Of a DNA stretch of 64,000 bases, positions 56,806 through 64,000 are shown in pieces. The DNA is from an uncultured Candidatus Saccharibacteria bacterium (GTDB taxonomy: Bacteria; Patescibacteriota; Minisyncoccia; Phycocordibacterales; UBA9973), in the NCBI GenBank assembly GCA_964446965.1, contig CAYUQD010000001.1, forward strand, positions 21,586-85,585. The letters run 5' to 3'. The stretch's first letter is position 1, and each line of letters starts with the position of its first letter. A model generated the notes under the pieces. The model was given only the letters and a program-made list of their open reading frames with translations. It ran no database searches and was not told the origin of the DNA. The position numbers and the translations under genes are program-made.

Positions 56806-57414
56806 TTACATTCGAGTGTGCACCATCAGCTTGCCAGCAGTGCGTTCGATCTTGTCAGCGGTGCGCGTCGGTTTGAATCCTTTGGGGAGTATCGATGTAT
56901 GGGGACTATCATCGAGGTCTGCACCTATGTCCCAGAGATCTTCGGCACTAGTGATCCAGTCAGTACCATACTTTTTTAATGAAAAAGGTTTTGAATAGTC
57001 TCGCATCGTCTTGTCTCCCGAGTCGAGGAAGTATTCGTGTGCGTACGAGAGTGCGAGTTCTCGAATCGTTTTGTAAATAGGTTCTCGATATCGCAATACT
57101 GCATGATTGGTCTTGGAGATCGCACCCCAATAGTCATTGTGTTTGAACAATGCAACGACATGATCGAGATCGTCTACCGTACTGCGCAAGTCGAGCAGTA
57201 GTGGATGTGCGCCGTGATACCAGAGTATGGCAGCTGCGAGGTACGCACCTTCGAGGCAATGAGCCTTGTTGTGCAGCAATACTTCGCGCGGACTCCGGCA
57301 TGTCTCGCCACCTTTTTCAAAATTGTACGGAATGGTGTTCAGATAATCCTGAATGAGGGCAGGAGAGCGGAGCTTTTTGAAAAGCCTTTGTTCCGAAGGG
57401 GATAAGTTGAACAT
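56806..57414 (-). CDS. hypothetical protein with transglutaminase-like Cys-His-Asp core
   Basis: KAHCLEGAYLAAAIL...DLDHVVALFKHNDYWGAI pattern. Confidence 0.35.
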   Translation of the reverse strand: MFNLSPSEQRLFKKLRSPALIQDYLNTIPYNFEKGGETCRSPREVLLHNKAHCLEGAYLAAAILWYHGAHPLLLDLRSTVDDLDHVVALFKHNDYWGAISKTNHAVLRYREPIYKTIRELALSYAHEYFLDSGDKTMRDYSKPFSLKKYGTDWITSAEDLWDIGADLDDSPHTSILPKGFKPTRTADKIERTAGKLMVHTRM

Positions 57415-57450
57415 ATCCTAGTATAGCAAAGCGGGTGTATACTATATGGT

Positions 57451-58032
57451 ATGAAAAAACTAATTATATTTGTCGTTCTCGTCGTCCTTGCAGCGGTATT
57501 GATCAAGTACTCTGGTACAAAAGTCGCGCCTGCACCATCTACTACTGCATATACTGGAACTACATTTAGTTTTGAGCCAGCATCAGGATACCCTGTTACT
57601 ACTACAGACGAGAACACCTTGTGGCGCACCAACACCCAGACTGCCGGACAACTCCTCGCAAAAGTGCATATTCCTCGTGAATTCCAACCCCAGACCAACT
57701 TTAGCGAAGCAACATTTACGATAGGGATGAGTACTGACTATGATGCAGTACGTGAATGTATAGTCCCATCCAATGGTGAGCGAGCAAAGGGGAGTGTCGA
57801 GATCAATGGCACCACGTTTTATATTATTACTCTCAGCGATGCTGGTATGAGCAACTATTATGATACGACGAGCTATCGCACGTTGCACAACGACTCTTGT
57901 TACGCTGTAGAATATACTATTCACTCCACAAGCTTTGCGGCGTATGATCCGAGTCTCGGTATCAAAGAATTCGATACTCCTGCAGTCGTCAAAGTACTCG
58001 AAGACATGGTGCAGAGCTTCAAGTTTATATAA
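57451..58032 (+). CDS. hypothetical secreted protein
   Basis: Signal peptide. Confidence 0.4.
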   Translation: MKKLIIFVVLVVLAAVLIKYSGTKVAPAPSTTAYTGTTFSFEPASGYPVTTTDENTLWRTNTQTAGQLLAKVHIPREFQPQTNFSEATFTIGMSTDYDAVRECIVPSNGERAKGSVEINGTTFYIITLSDAGMSNYYDTTSYRTLHNDSCYAVEYTIHSTSFAAYDPSLGIKEFDTPAVVKVLEDMVQSFKFI

Positions 58033-58034
58033 GT

Positions 58035-58538
58035 ATGAAAACTGTCGTCGTTAACGACAAGATGCAGAAGGGATACAGGTACGTATTGACCGAACCAGTT
58101 GGCAAGAACTTTGATCCAGACTTCCGTCCCATGCTTACCCCAAAAGAAATGCTCCATCTCGGAGTATTCGGCGGCAAGTACATGACTGATTGTCAGAACG
58201 AATTTCCAAAGAGTTGGTTCAAACAGTCGCTCCTGTGTCCGGAGCGTCATGACCCTACGCTCAATTATTTTGGGGTCAATGCGAGCCAACCACTCTCTGT
58301 GTGGCAACAAAAAGGTTGGATATATCACGAGGATCCACGAGGTTGGTTCCAGTGGTATTGTCGCTACTATATGGGCCGCAGGATACCTGATGAGGACACA
58401 CGCCAGATCAAGCGCTGGCGGGCAATACGGCGCCATGTAGGGCAGGTACAAGCACACTGTAGAGCAGGAGATACGCATTGTCGCCCCAAGCAACGCCAAG
58501 CATTGCTCCACTGGGCATATGATAGTCGTGCTATCTAA
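58035..58538 (+). CDS. hypothetical Trp/Arg-rich conserved-domain protein (DUF; identity uncertain)
   Basis: RPMLTPKEMLHLGVFGGKY...GWFQWYCRYYMGRR...QIKRW; start 3 nt after the upstream stop. Confidence 0.4.
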   Translation: MKTVVVNDKMQKGYRYVLTEPVGKNFDPDFRPMLTPKEMLHLGVFGGKYMTDCQNEFPKSWFKQSLLCPERHDPTLNYFGVNASQPLSVWQQKGWIYHEDPRGWFQWYCRYYMGRRIPDEDTRQIKRWRAIRRHVGQVQAHCRAGDTHCRPKQRQALLHWAYDSRAI

Positions 58539-58546
58539 GTCCGGGA

Positions 58547-59257
58547 TTATGATTGCTTGAGGAGTGCAATATCTGCAGGAGAGAGCTTTTTTGCATTGCC
58601 TGGCTTCATACCAGCGCTCGTGAGATGTCCGATCTTTGTACGGACGAGTCCTTCTATCGTCAATTTGCACGCGTCAGCCATACGACGAATCTGATGTTTG
58701 CGCCCTTCGTGAAGGGTGATCTCAAATGAGGTCCGCGATTTGCGAACAACTGCCGCAGGTCTCGTCATCTGATCATCGAGCATGATGCCGCGCGACATGC
58801 GTTCGAGTGCACTGTCAGCGACGTTCTCTCGAACAGTGACGCGGTATGTCTTGCCGACGAGGGAGCCTTCTTGGGTGAGGGCCTTGGTCAAAGTACCATC
58901 ATTGGTGAGGATGATGAGGCCCTCAGTCTCCTTGTCGAGACGGCCAATGGGTGAGAGGTGTGCAAGTTTGGGATAGGCGCGATGAATGTCCTTTGCCTTG
59001 GGACTCGTTGCTGTTGTCTCGATACCGACGGGTTTAAAGAGGAGATATGTCTCCTTTTTGCCTTGCTCTCCTGCGAGCTCTATGGTGTCGCGATCAAGCA
59101 CCACCCCAAAGCCTGGTTCGGTGACGACCTTGCCGTTGACACGAACGTTACCACTGGCAATGAGCGCCTTGGCCTCACGGCGAGATGCCAGGCCTTGGTG
59201 GGCGAGCGCGCGCTCGAGTCGTTCGTGGCCTTTGGGGAGGGTGGAAGGGGATTTCAT
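58547..59257 (-). CDS. rRNA pseudouridine synthase (RsuA/RluB family) with S4 domain
   Basis: S4 N-terminus, catalytic GRLDKETEGLIILTNDG. Confidence 0.8.
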   Translation of the reverse strand: MKSPSTLPKGHERLERALAHQGLASRREAKALIASGNVRVNGKVVTEPGFGVVLDRDTIELAGEQGKKETYLLFKPVGIETTATSPKAKDIHRAYPKLAHLSPIGRLDKETEGLIILTNDGTLTKALTQEGSLVGKTYRVTVRENVADSALERMSRGIMLDDQMTRPAAVVRKSRTSFEITLHEGRKHQIRRMADACKLTIEGLVRTKIGHLTSAGMKPGNAKKLSPADIALLKQS

Positions 59258-59311
59258 GCAGGGAGTATAGCAAAAAAGGCGCTTTTGGCGCCTTTTAAAA
59301 AACTGTACATG

Positions 59312-59512
59312 TTAATATAGTTTCTTTGGCTTAGAAATTTTAGCCAACAACAGAGATAGTATGCCAAAGATAGGTATGAATGCTGCAGCGACTGTGAAGT
59401 ATGAAGGCCAGTAACCCCACTGCATTTCACGCATTAGGAGCGCACCAAATCCGGGAATTACAAAAAATATCAACATAAACACGATAATGCAAAAGAAAAT
59501 AGTATTATTCAT
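59312..59512 (-). CDS. small 2-TM membrane protein
   Basis: 66 aa, two hydrophobic helices. Confidence 0.3.
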   Translation of the reverse strand: MNNTIFFCIIVFMLIFFVIPGFGALLMREMQWGYWPSYFTVAAAFIPIFGILSLLLAKISKPKKLY

Positions 59513-59591
59513 GATCTAGATTTTAAGAATGAATAAAAAGAATTTCTTTAGTTATACCTCATATCGCAAACAAAAAACAACCTTTTAAAAT

Positions 59592-60059
59592 TCAGGTTGT
59601 TGGGGGAGGTTGCCATATGCCATTGTGTGTTTTCACGACTGAGCCCTTTTTCAAAAAATTCTTACCATGACATTGATACGTTGCAGTTTTGAGATTTTTT
59701 GCAGAATTTTTGTCATCAGGATTATCAGGTGTGATCAATACCGTTATTGTGCAATGTTTGGGTACACGATCCTGCAAGTATGCTGTAATGATTTGCTTTG
59801 GCGATAGATCATCAGTACGAGCATTGAGTGTGCTACAAATCTCAATTACATCAATGTGATTGCTGATAACTTTCTTTGGATCAGAAGTGGTTTTTGATAA
59901 TCCTTTTAGCCATGAAAGCTTGAATTTTGGAATACCTAACACTGTATTAACCCATTTCCATTTGGAGATACTTGCAACCAACACCAATGCTATTGATAAG
60001 AAAACAATAATGAAACATAGGGCATGCCATACAATTGAGAATGAACTGGGGAGTGTCAT
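59592..60059 (-). CDS. hypothetical membrane-anchored protein
   Basis: N-terminal TM. Confidence 0.4.
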   Translation of the reverse strand: MTLPSSFSIVWHALCFIIVFLSIALVLVASISKWKWVNTVLGIPKFKLSWLKGLSKTTSDPKKVISNHIDVIEICSTLNARTDDLSPKQIITAYLQDRVPKHCTITVLITPDNPDDKNSAKNLKTATYQCHGKNFLKKGSVVKTHNGIWQPPPTT

Positions 60060-60179
60060 AGGCTATAGATTTTTGTCTACTGTAGCACACTTTTCAGTTG
60101 ATTTTGGGAGATTTTATATTGCAATATATCATTTCTTTGTCAATACCATTTTTCTCCACATATGCTATAGTCGCCGTAT

Positions 60180-60530
60180 ATGCACGACAACAACAGACCC
60201 CTCTTGGTCACCCTCATCATTATCGGTATCCTTATCCTCATCGCCCTCGTCGGGCCTCGTATGCGCACGTACAGCTATCGTGGGTATGGCCTCACCGCAA
60301 GCGCTGTTCCGATGACCGTCGTCAATCGCGCGCCGGACAGTGTCTATTACACATTCTATCGATACATTCCATCTAGTCGTCCGACATACACACAGCAACA
60401 GAGCACCTACACGAGCTATAGCTACCCATCGACAACCCAATACTACCCAACATCAGGAGATGTAGTGTTTCCCGACGGATGCACACTCACCAGTCCAGTC
60501 AGTACAACAACTGGATTGCCGTGTAGTTAG
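60180..60530 (+). CDS. hypothetical membrane-anchored Ser/Thr/Tyr-rich protein
   Basis: N-terminal TM, YTQQQSTYTSYSYPSTTQYYPTSG low-complexity segment. Confidence 0.4.
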   Translation: MHDNNRPLLVTLIIIGILILIALVGPRMRTYSYRGYGLTASAVPMTVVNRAPDSVYYTFYRYIPSSRPTYTQQQSTYTSYSYPSTTQYYPTSGDVVFPDGCTLTSPVSTTTGLPCS

Positions 60531-60540
60531 GATGTAATAA

Positions 60541-60570
60541 AAAACCACTCTCATTGCGAGAGTGGTTTTT
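60541..60570. terminator. bidirectional terminator (aaaaccactctc-attgc-gagagtggtttt)
   Basis: Palindrome between converging genes. Confidence 0.55.
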
Positions 60571-60580
60571 TATAAAAGAT

Positions 60581-60958
60581 TTATGGTTGATTTGGAGTTC
60601 CGTAGAGGAAGTTATTACATATTGCTTGAGCTTGACCTGGAGATGATGTCTCTACTGAGATACCAGGAAGATTTTGCCAACTACCGAAAATCAAAAATCT
60701 TGGCTTCCAGTACTGATACCCATAGGTTGCAGTATTTCCATTTACTGTACAATATGGACGATCATCTTTTCTACGACCACTTTCAACTGCTGTACTCGTA
60801 GATACTTGTACTCCAGTACTCTTTGTGACAGGAGTAACATTAGTTGTAGGAGCAACTTTTGTTACTGCAGCAGGTTGCGTATCAAGAGTACCGTTAAATC
60901 CGAGACCAATCACAACAATAGCAACTATGACAACGATACCGATCAGTGCTTTTTTCAT
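60581..60958 (-). CDS. hypothetical secreted protein
   Basis: Signal peptide/TM. Confidence 0.4.
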   Translation of the reverse strand: MKKALIGIVVIVAIVVIGLGFNGTLDTQPAAVTKVAPTTNVTPVTKSTGVQVSTSTAVESGRRKDDRPYCTVNGNTATYGYQYWKPRFLIFGSWQNLPGISVETSSPGQAQAICNNFLYGTPNQP

Positions 60959-61033
60959 TTTTATGTATAACTAATAATAATACCAGTAGTATACCCCAAA
61001 AAAATAACCCCGCATAAGATGCGAGGTATTACT

Positions 61034-61456
61034 TTAAGCTTGTGGAACGTAGATAACTACTCTCCCTTGTTTTTCGAGTCGCTTTAGGCGCTGTGTTGAG
61101 ACAGGGTATAGGCACCAGGCCTTGGGCCCAAATACCCCCAACCGCTTGTACCGCACAACTGCATTTGATCCGTCATACGATAAGAGAACGTGGTATTTGT
61201 TCACTACGAATAATTGCCCGAAACCATCCTTCCATACAAGTCTCCAGAGCGACAAGCCCTGAACCTTGCTCATTGACGGATAATCGGTTGGTCTGGCATC
61301 GATAGTGGTGTGCACTGGGTGTGGGACACCAACAGGAAGCGCCGGCTGGATCGAAATGTTTTCTATTTCTCGTGAGACGGAAGTGGTAGTGTGCAACAAT
61401 TGTGCTGAAGCAACAGTCCAAAAACACGTGCTGAAAATGATCATTATTTTTTTCAT
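61034..61456 (-). CDS. hypothetical secreted protein
   Basis: Signal peptide ...VASAQ. Confidence 0.4.
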   Translation of the reverse strand: MKKIMIIFSTCFWTVASAQLLHTTTSVSREIENISIQPALPVGVPHPVHTTIDARPTDYPSMSKVQGLSLWRLVWKDGFGQLFVVNKYHVLLSYDGSNAVVRYKRLGVFGPKAWCLYPVSTQRLKRLEKQGRVVIYVPQA

Positions 61457-61540
61457 TGTGAAGAAGTTTAGATGTTTATAACAAAGTACCTTATATAAGC
61501 AGTATTGTCAAATATATGACGCATGTTACACTTTCTCAAT

Positions 61541-62206
61541 ATGAACCTCTTGATCGTTGAGGATGATGACGCGGTGCGCGCGTTTCTCATTCGCGCATTA
61601 TCACAAGAAGGATATATCGTTGACGATGCGATCGATGGCAAGATCGCGCTACAAAAGGCCACACTCAACACATACGACCTCATCATCCTTGACTACAACC
61701 TTCCGTACAAAAATGGCAAAGAATTTTGCGAAGAGGTGCGATCATCTGGTATTGCGACACCTATCCTGATGCTCTCGGTCAAGGCCGATACGCTGACCAA
61801 GGTTGATATGCTCAATATCGGAGCCGATGACTACGTCACAAAGCCATTCGTATTTGGCGAGTTGCTGGCCCGCGTTCGCGCACTCTTGCGGCGACCGCTC
61901 CCGATCAAGGATACTGTCATACAAGTTGGTGATGTGATACTCGATACTGACAAACATCTCGTCACGACCAATGGTACAGAAGTACTACTCACTCCCAAGG
62001 AATTTTCATTACTCGAATATCTCATGTCTAACCACGGTCGTATCCTCTCGCGCATGTCCATACTCGAACACGTCTGGGGAGTGAATGCTGACCCATTCAC
62101 CAACACCATCGAGACACATGTATTCAACCTTCGCAAAAAGCTCGGTGACAAGGCGACCAAGGAACTTATCCACACGATCTCGGGAGTCGGATACAAGATG
62201 CAGTAA
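61541..62206 (+). CDS. OmpR-family response regulator
   Basis: REC domain (LIVEDD, D in ILDYNLP, K in SVKAD) plus winged-helix trans_reg_C. ATG 61541 lies ~9 nt after the -10 of TTGTCA-16-TACACT, so the mRNA is probably leaderless. Confidence 0.8.
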   Translation: MNLLIVEDDDAVRAFLIRALSQEGYIVDDAIDGKIALQKATLNTYDLIILDYNLPYKNGKEFCEEVRSSGIATPILMLSVKADTLTKVDMLNIGADDYVTKPFVFGELLARVRALLRRPLPIKDTVIQVGDVILDTDKHLVTTNGTEVLLTPKEFSLLEYLMSNHGRILSRMSILEHVWGVNADPFTNTIETHVFNLRKKLGDKATKELIHTISGVGYKMQ

Positions 62207-62318
62207 TAATTTTGCGATATACTGATACATGAGATCCTCTGTGGTCGATGGGTCTTGGATCTAACAACAAATAACAGAGGAAGCCAGACTCCCATATACC
62301 TTCGGGTATTGCATACGC

Positions 62319-62426
62319 ATGAATACTGTCATGAAAGAACTTCTGACGAATGTCGCATCTCGTACCAACGTTGCTGCAACAACCGCAAAAGTACTCAACG
62401 CAGGACAGCCTTGGGCTGGCGAATAG
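62319..62426 (+). CDS. small ORF (35 aa) between response regulator and kinase
   Basis: MNTVMKELLTNVASRTNVAATTAKVLNAGQPWAGE; no Shine-Dalgarno, no recognisable leader motif. Confidence 0.15.
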   Translation: MNTVMKELLTNVASRTNVAATTAKVLNAGQPWAGE

Positions 62427-62478
62427 TACTCCACAATAATCACGCACAATCCGTTCTCAATTGTGTGTGATTTTGTCT

Positions 62479-63876
62479 ATGATATATACCTTTCTCAGTC
62501 GGATCGTCCGATCCGACGCTCCACATCCAGATACCGCACGCAGAGCATTCATTCTCAATGTATTGTTGCTGAGTTCGATGACACTCTTTGCGATCGCAAG
62601 TGTCCTCAGTATTGTGCTGTGGATATACAATCCTGGATCGGGACACAATTTCATTCATCCGGGTACGATCATCGCGATCACGTTGTGTATATTTCTCCTG
62701 TACTGGTTCTCGATACATGGATATTCCAAACTATCGGCTTATATACTCATCGCGATATTTTTTGGATTTGCATTCCTGATGGGGTACACGTGGGGACTCG
62801 AAGTCACTGCATCGCTCCTCATCTACACCCTCGTCATTGTGATGTCGGGTATCCTCATCAATACGCGATTTGCATTTGCTATCACCATAGTCATTGCAAT
62901 AGTACTCATTGGTCTCGGTCATATCCAAGACGTCGGCATCGTCATACCCGACTACCAATGGCGCCTCGATAGTTGGCAATTATCTGATACGATCATGACC
63001 GTCATTATATTCATGATCATCGCCACTGTGTCGTGGCTATCCAATAGAGAAATAGAGCGCACACTCATTCGCGCACAACACTCTGAGGAAGCACTTCGCA
63101 TCGAACGAGACAGCCTCGAAGTCACCGTCGAAGAACGAACCCGCGAACTCAAAGAAGCCCAACTCGAAAAGATACGGCAACTCTATAGCTTCGCAGAGTT
63201 TGGCAGACTGTCATCAGGATTATTCCATGACCTCATGAATCCGCTCACCGCTGTCTCACTCAATGTCGAGCGTGCAAAGAGTGAAGGTGAGGCGAGTGGT
63301 GGACTCTCAAAGGCGCAAGACTATCTCGATCAAGCCTTTGTAGCGGCACAACGTATGGAGCGATTTATTAGTGCAGTACACAAACAGATCGTAAAGAAAG
63401 GGGAGTGTACGACATTTTGCGCAGTCGACGAGGCGCGACAAGTCATCGACATCCTCTCATACAAGGCCTTGATCGCACGAGTAGAGCTCATACTCGACCC
63501 CTGCACTACGTGTGAGATCGCCGGAGATACTGTGCAATGGAACCAAGTCATGCTCAACCTCATCTCCAACGGCATCGATGCGTATGATGACATCACCCAC
63601 GATGATGGTATCGACCGCATTGTACGTATCACCTTCACCCCATGTGCAGATACACTGATCTGTACGATTAGAGACAATGGTGTTGGTATCGACCCTTGTA
63701 TTATTGACCAGATTTTTGATCCATTCTTTACGACCAAACGTGACCAATCAACCAAAGGTACTGGTATCGGCCTCTCGATCGTCAAGCAACTCGTCGAGAA
63801 GGAATTCAACGGCACCATCTCCGTACAGAGTACGCCCTACGTCGGCACTACCTTTACTATCGTCTTACCAATCTAA
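62479..63876 (+). CDS. sensor histidine kinase with 6-TM N-terminal domain
   Basis: HisKA (FHDLMNPLTAV), HATPase_c (N, DNGVGI, GTGIGLS); ATG 62479 (ORF-track TTG at 62461). Confidence 0.8.
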   Translation: MIYTFLSRIVRSDAPHPDTARRAFILNVLLLSSMTLFAIASVLSIVLWIYNPGSGHNFIHPGTIIAITLCIFLLYWFSIHGYSKLSAYILIAIFFGFAFLMGYTWGLEVTASLLIYTLVIVMSGILINTRFAFAITIVIAIVLIGLGHIQDVGIVIPDYQWRLDSWQLSDTIMTVIIFMIIATVSWLSNREIERTLIRAQHSEEALRIERDSLEVTVEERTRELKEAQLEKIRQLYSFAEFGRLSSGLFHDLMNPLTAVSLNVERAKSEGEASGGLSKAQDYLDQAFVAAQRMERFISAVHKQIVKKGECTTFCAVDEARQVIDILSYKALIARVELILDPCTTCEIAGDTVQWNQVMLNLISNGIDAYDDITHDDGIDRIVRITFTPCADTLICTIRDNGVGIDPCIIDQIFDPFFTTKRDQSTKGTGIGLSIVKQLVEKEFNGTISVQSTPYVGTTFTIVLPI

Positions 63877-64000
63877 TTCTCACCAATATGAATACTACTA
63901 TTGCTAAACTTCTCGCAACACGAGATGTCAATTGGCGTTTTCCCAGCACGGTCTACGACACATTCTCGGCACTACATACTATTGCTCGGCACGATCCACA

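Noticed and set aside
1-64000. CRISPR arrays, tRNA or rRNA genes, insertion sequences or integrases
   Set aside because: No regularly spaced direct repeats, no tRNA-like T-arm or acceptor sequences in the intergenic regions inspected, and no transposase or integrase-like ORFs.

Overview
This 64 kb window is dense with housekeeping genes on both strands, interleaved with many small hypothetical membrane or secreted proteins.

The housekeeping content includes:
- envelope and cell-division genes: rseP, mltG, mraY, ftsW, murG, an L,D-transpeptidase;
- a ribosomal/RNA-polymerase block (infA-rpmJ-rpsM-rpsK-rpsD-rpoA-rplQ, then rplM-rpsI), plus rplU elsewhere;
- five aminoacyl-tRNA synthetases (alaS, lysS, cysS, trpS and an archaeal-type aspS/asnS);
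- the heat-shock chaperones grpE, dnaK and dnaJ;
- replication and repair genes (dnaB, recR, lexA, scpA/scpB, a DnaQ-like exonuclease);
- two histidine kinases, one paired with an OmpR-type response regulator.

No tRNA, rRNA, CRISPR array or obvious mobile element was seen, and the standard genetic code fits (long ORFs with no in-frame TGA).

The gene content (short AlaS, archaeal-type AspRS, a lone PurD-like ATP-grasp, a lone SAM decarboxylase, a sigma region-4/HARE-HTH fusion) is consistent with a reduced-genome, Patescibacteria/CPR-like bacterium. That placement is an inference, not something the sequence proves.

Transcription looks strikingly modular: many genes have their own hairpin + T-run terminator immediately followed by a sigma-70-like promoter (TATATTGAC[A/T]...TGnTATGAT), and several start codons sit 7-10 nt after the -10 box, which suggests leaderless mRNAs.

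The most system-like locus is at 41.8-45.9 kb: a GRDP/DUF1399-like protein with a Cys-rich tail, a transglutaminase-like Cys-His-Asp protein, a small acidic peptide, an M16 zinc peptidase and a tail-anchored protein, each bracketed by the same terminator-promoter cassette.

Other loci worth a second look:
- a ~270 nt ORF-free transcribed-looking element between rpsI and grpE, bounded by two intrinsic terminators (candidate structured RNA or leader);
- a PaaX-like winged-helix regulator divergent from dnaK, with perfect palindromes on the dnaK leader;
- a perfect TTGTAC-N5-GTACAA palindrome upstream of lexA;
- a strongly G-depleted polypyrimidine tract of ~130-150 nt (within 48.6-48.76 kb) that no ORF explains;
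- a conserved GCTTTTTTTATTRCCC element upstream of three aminoacyl-tRNA synthetase genes.
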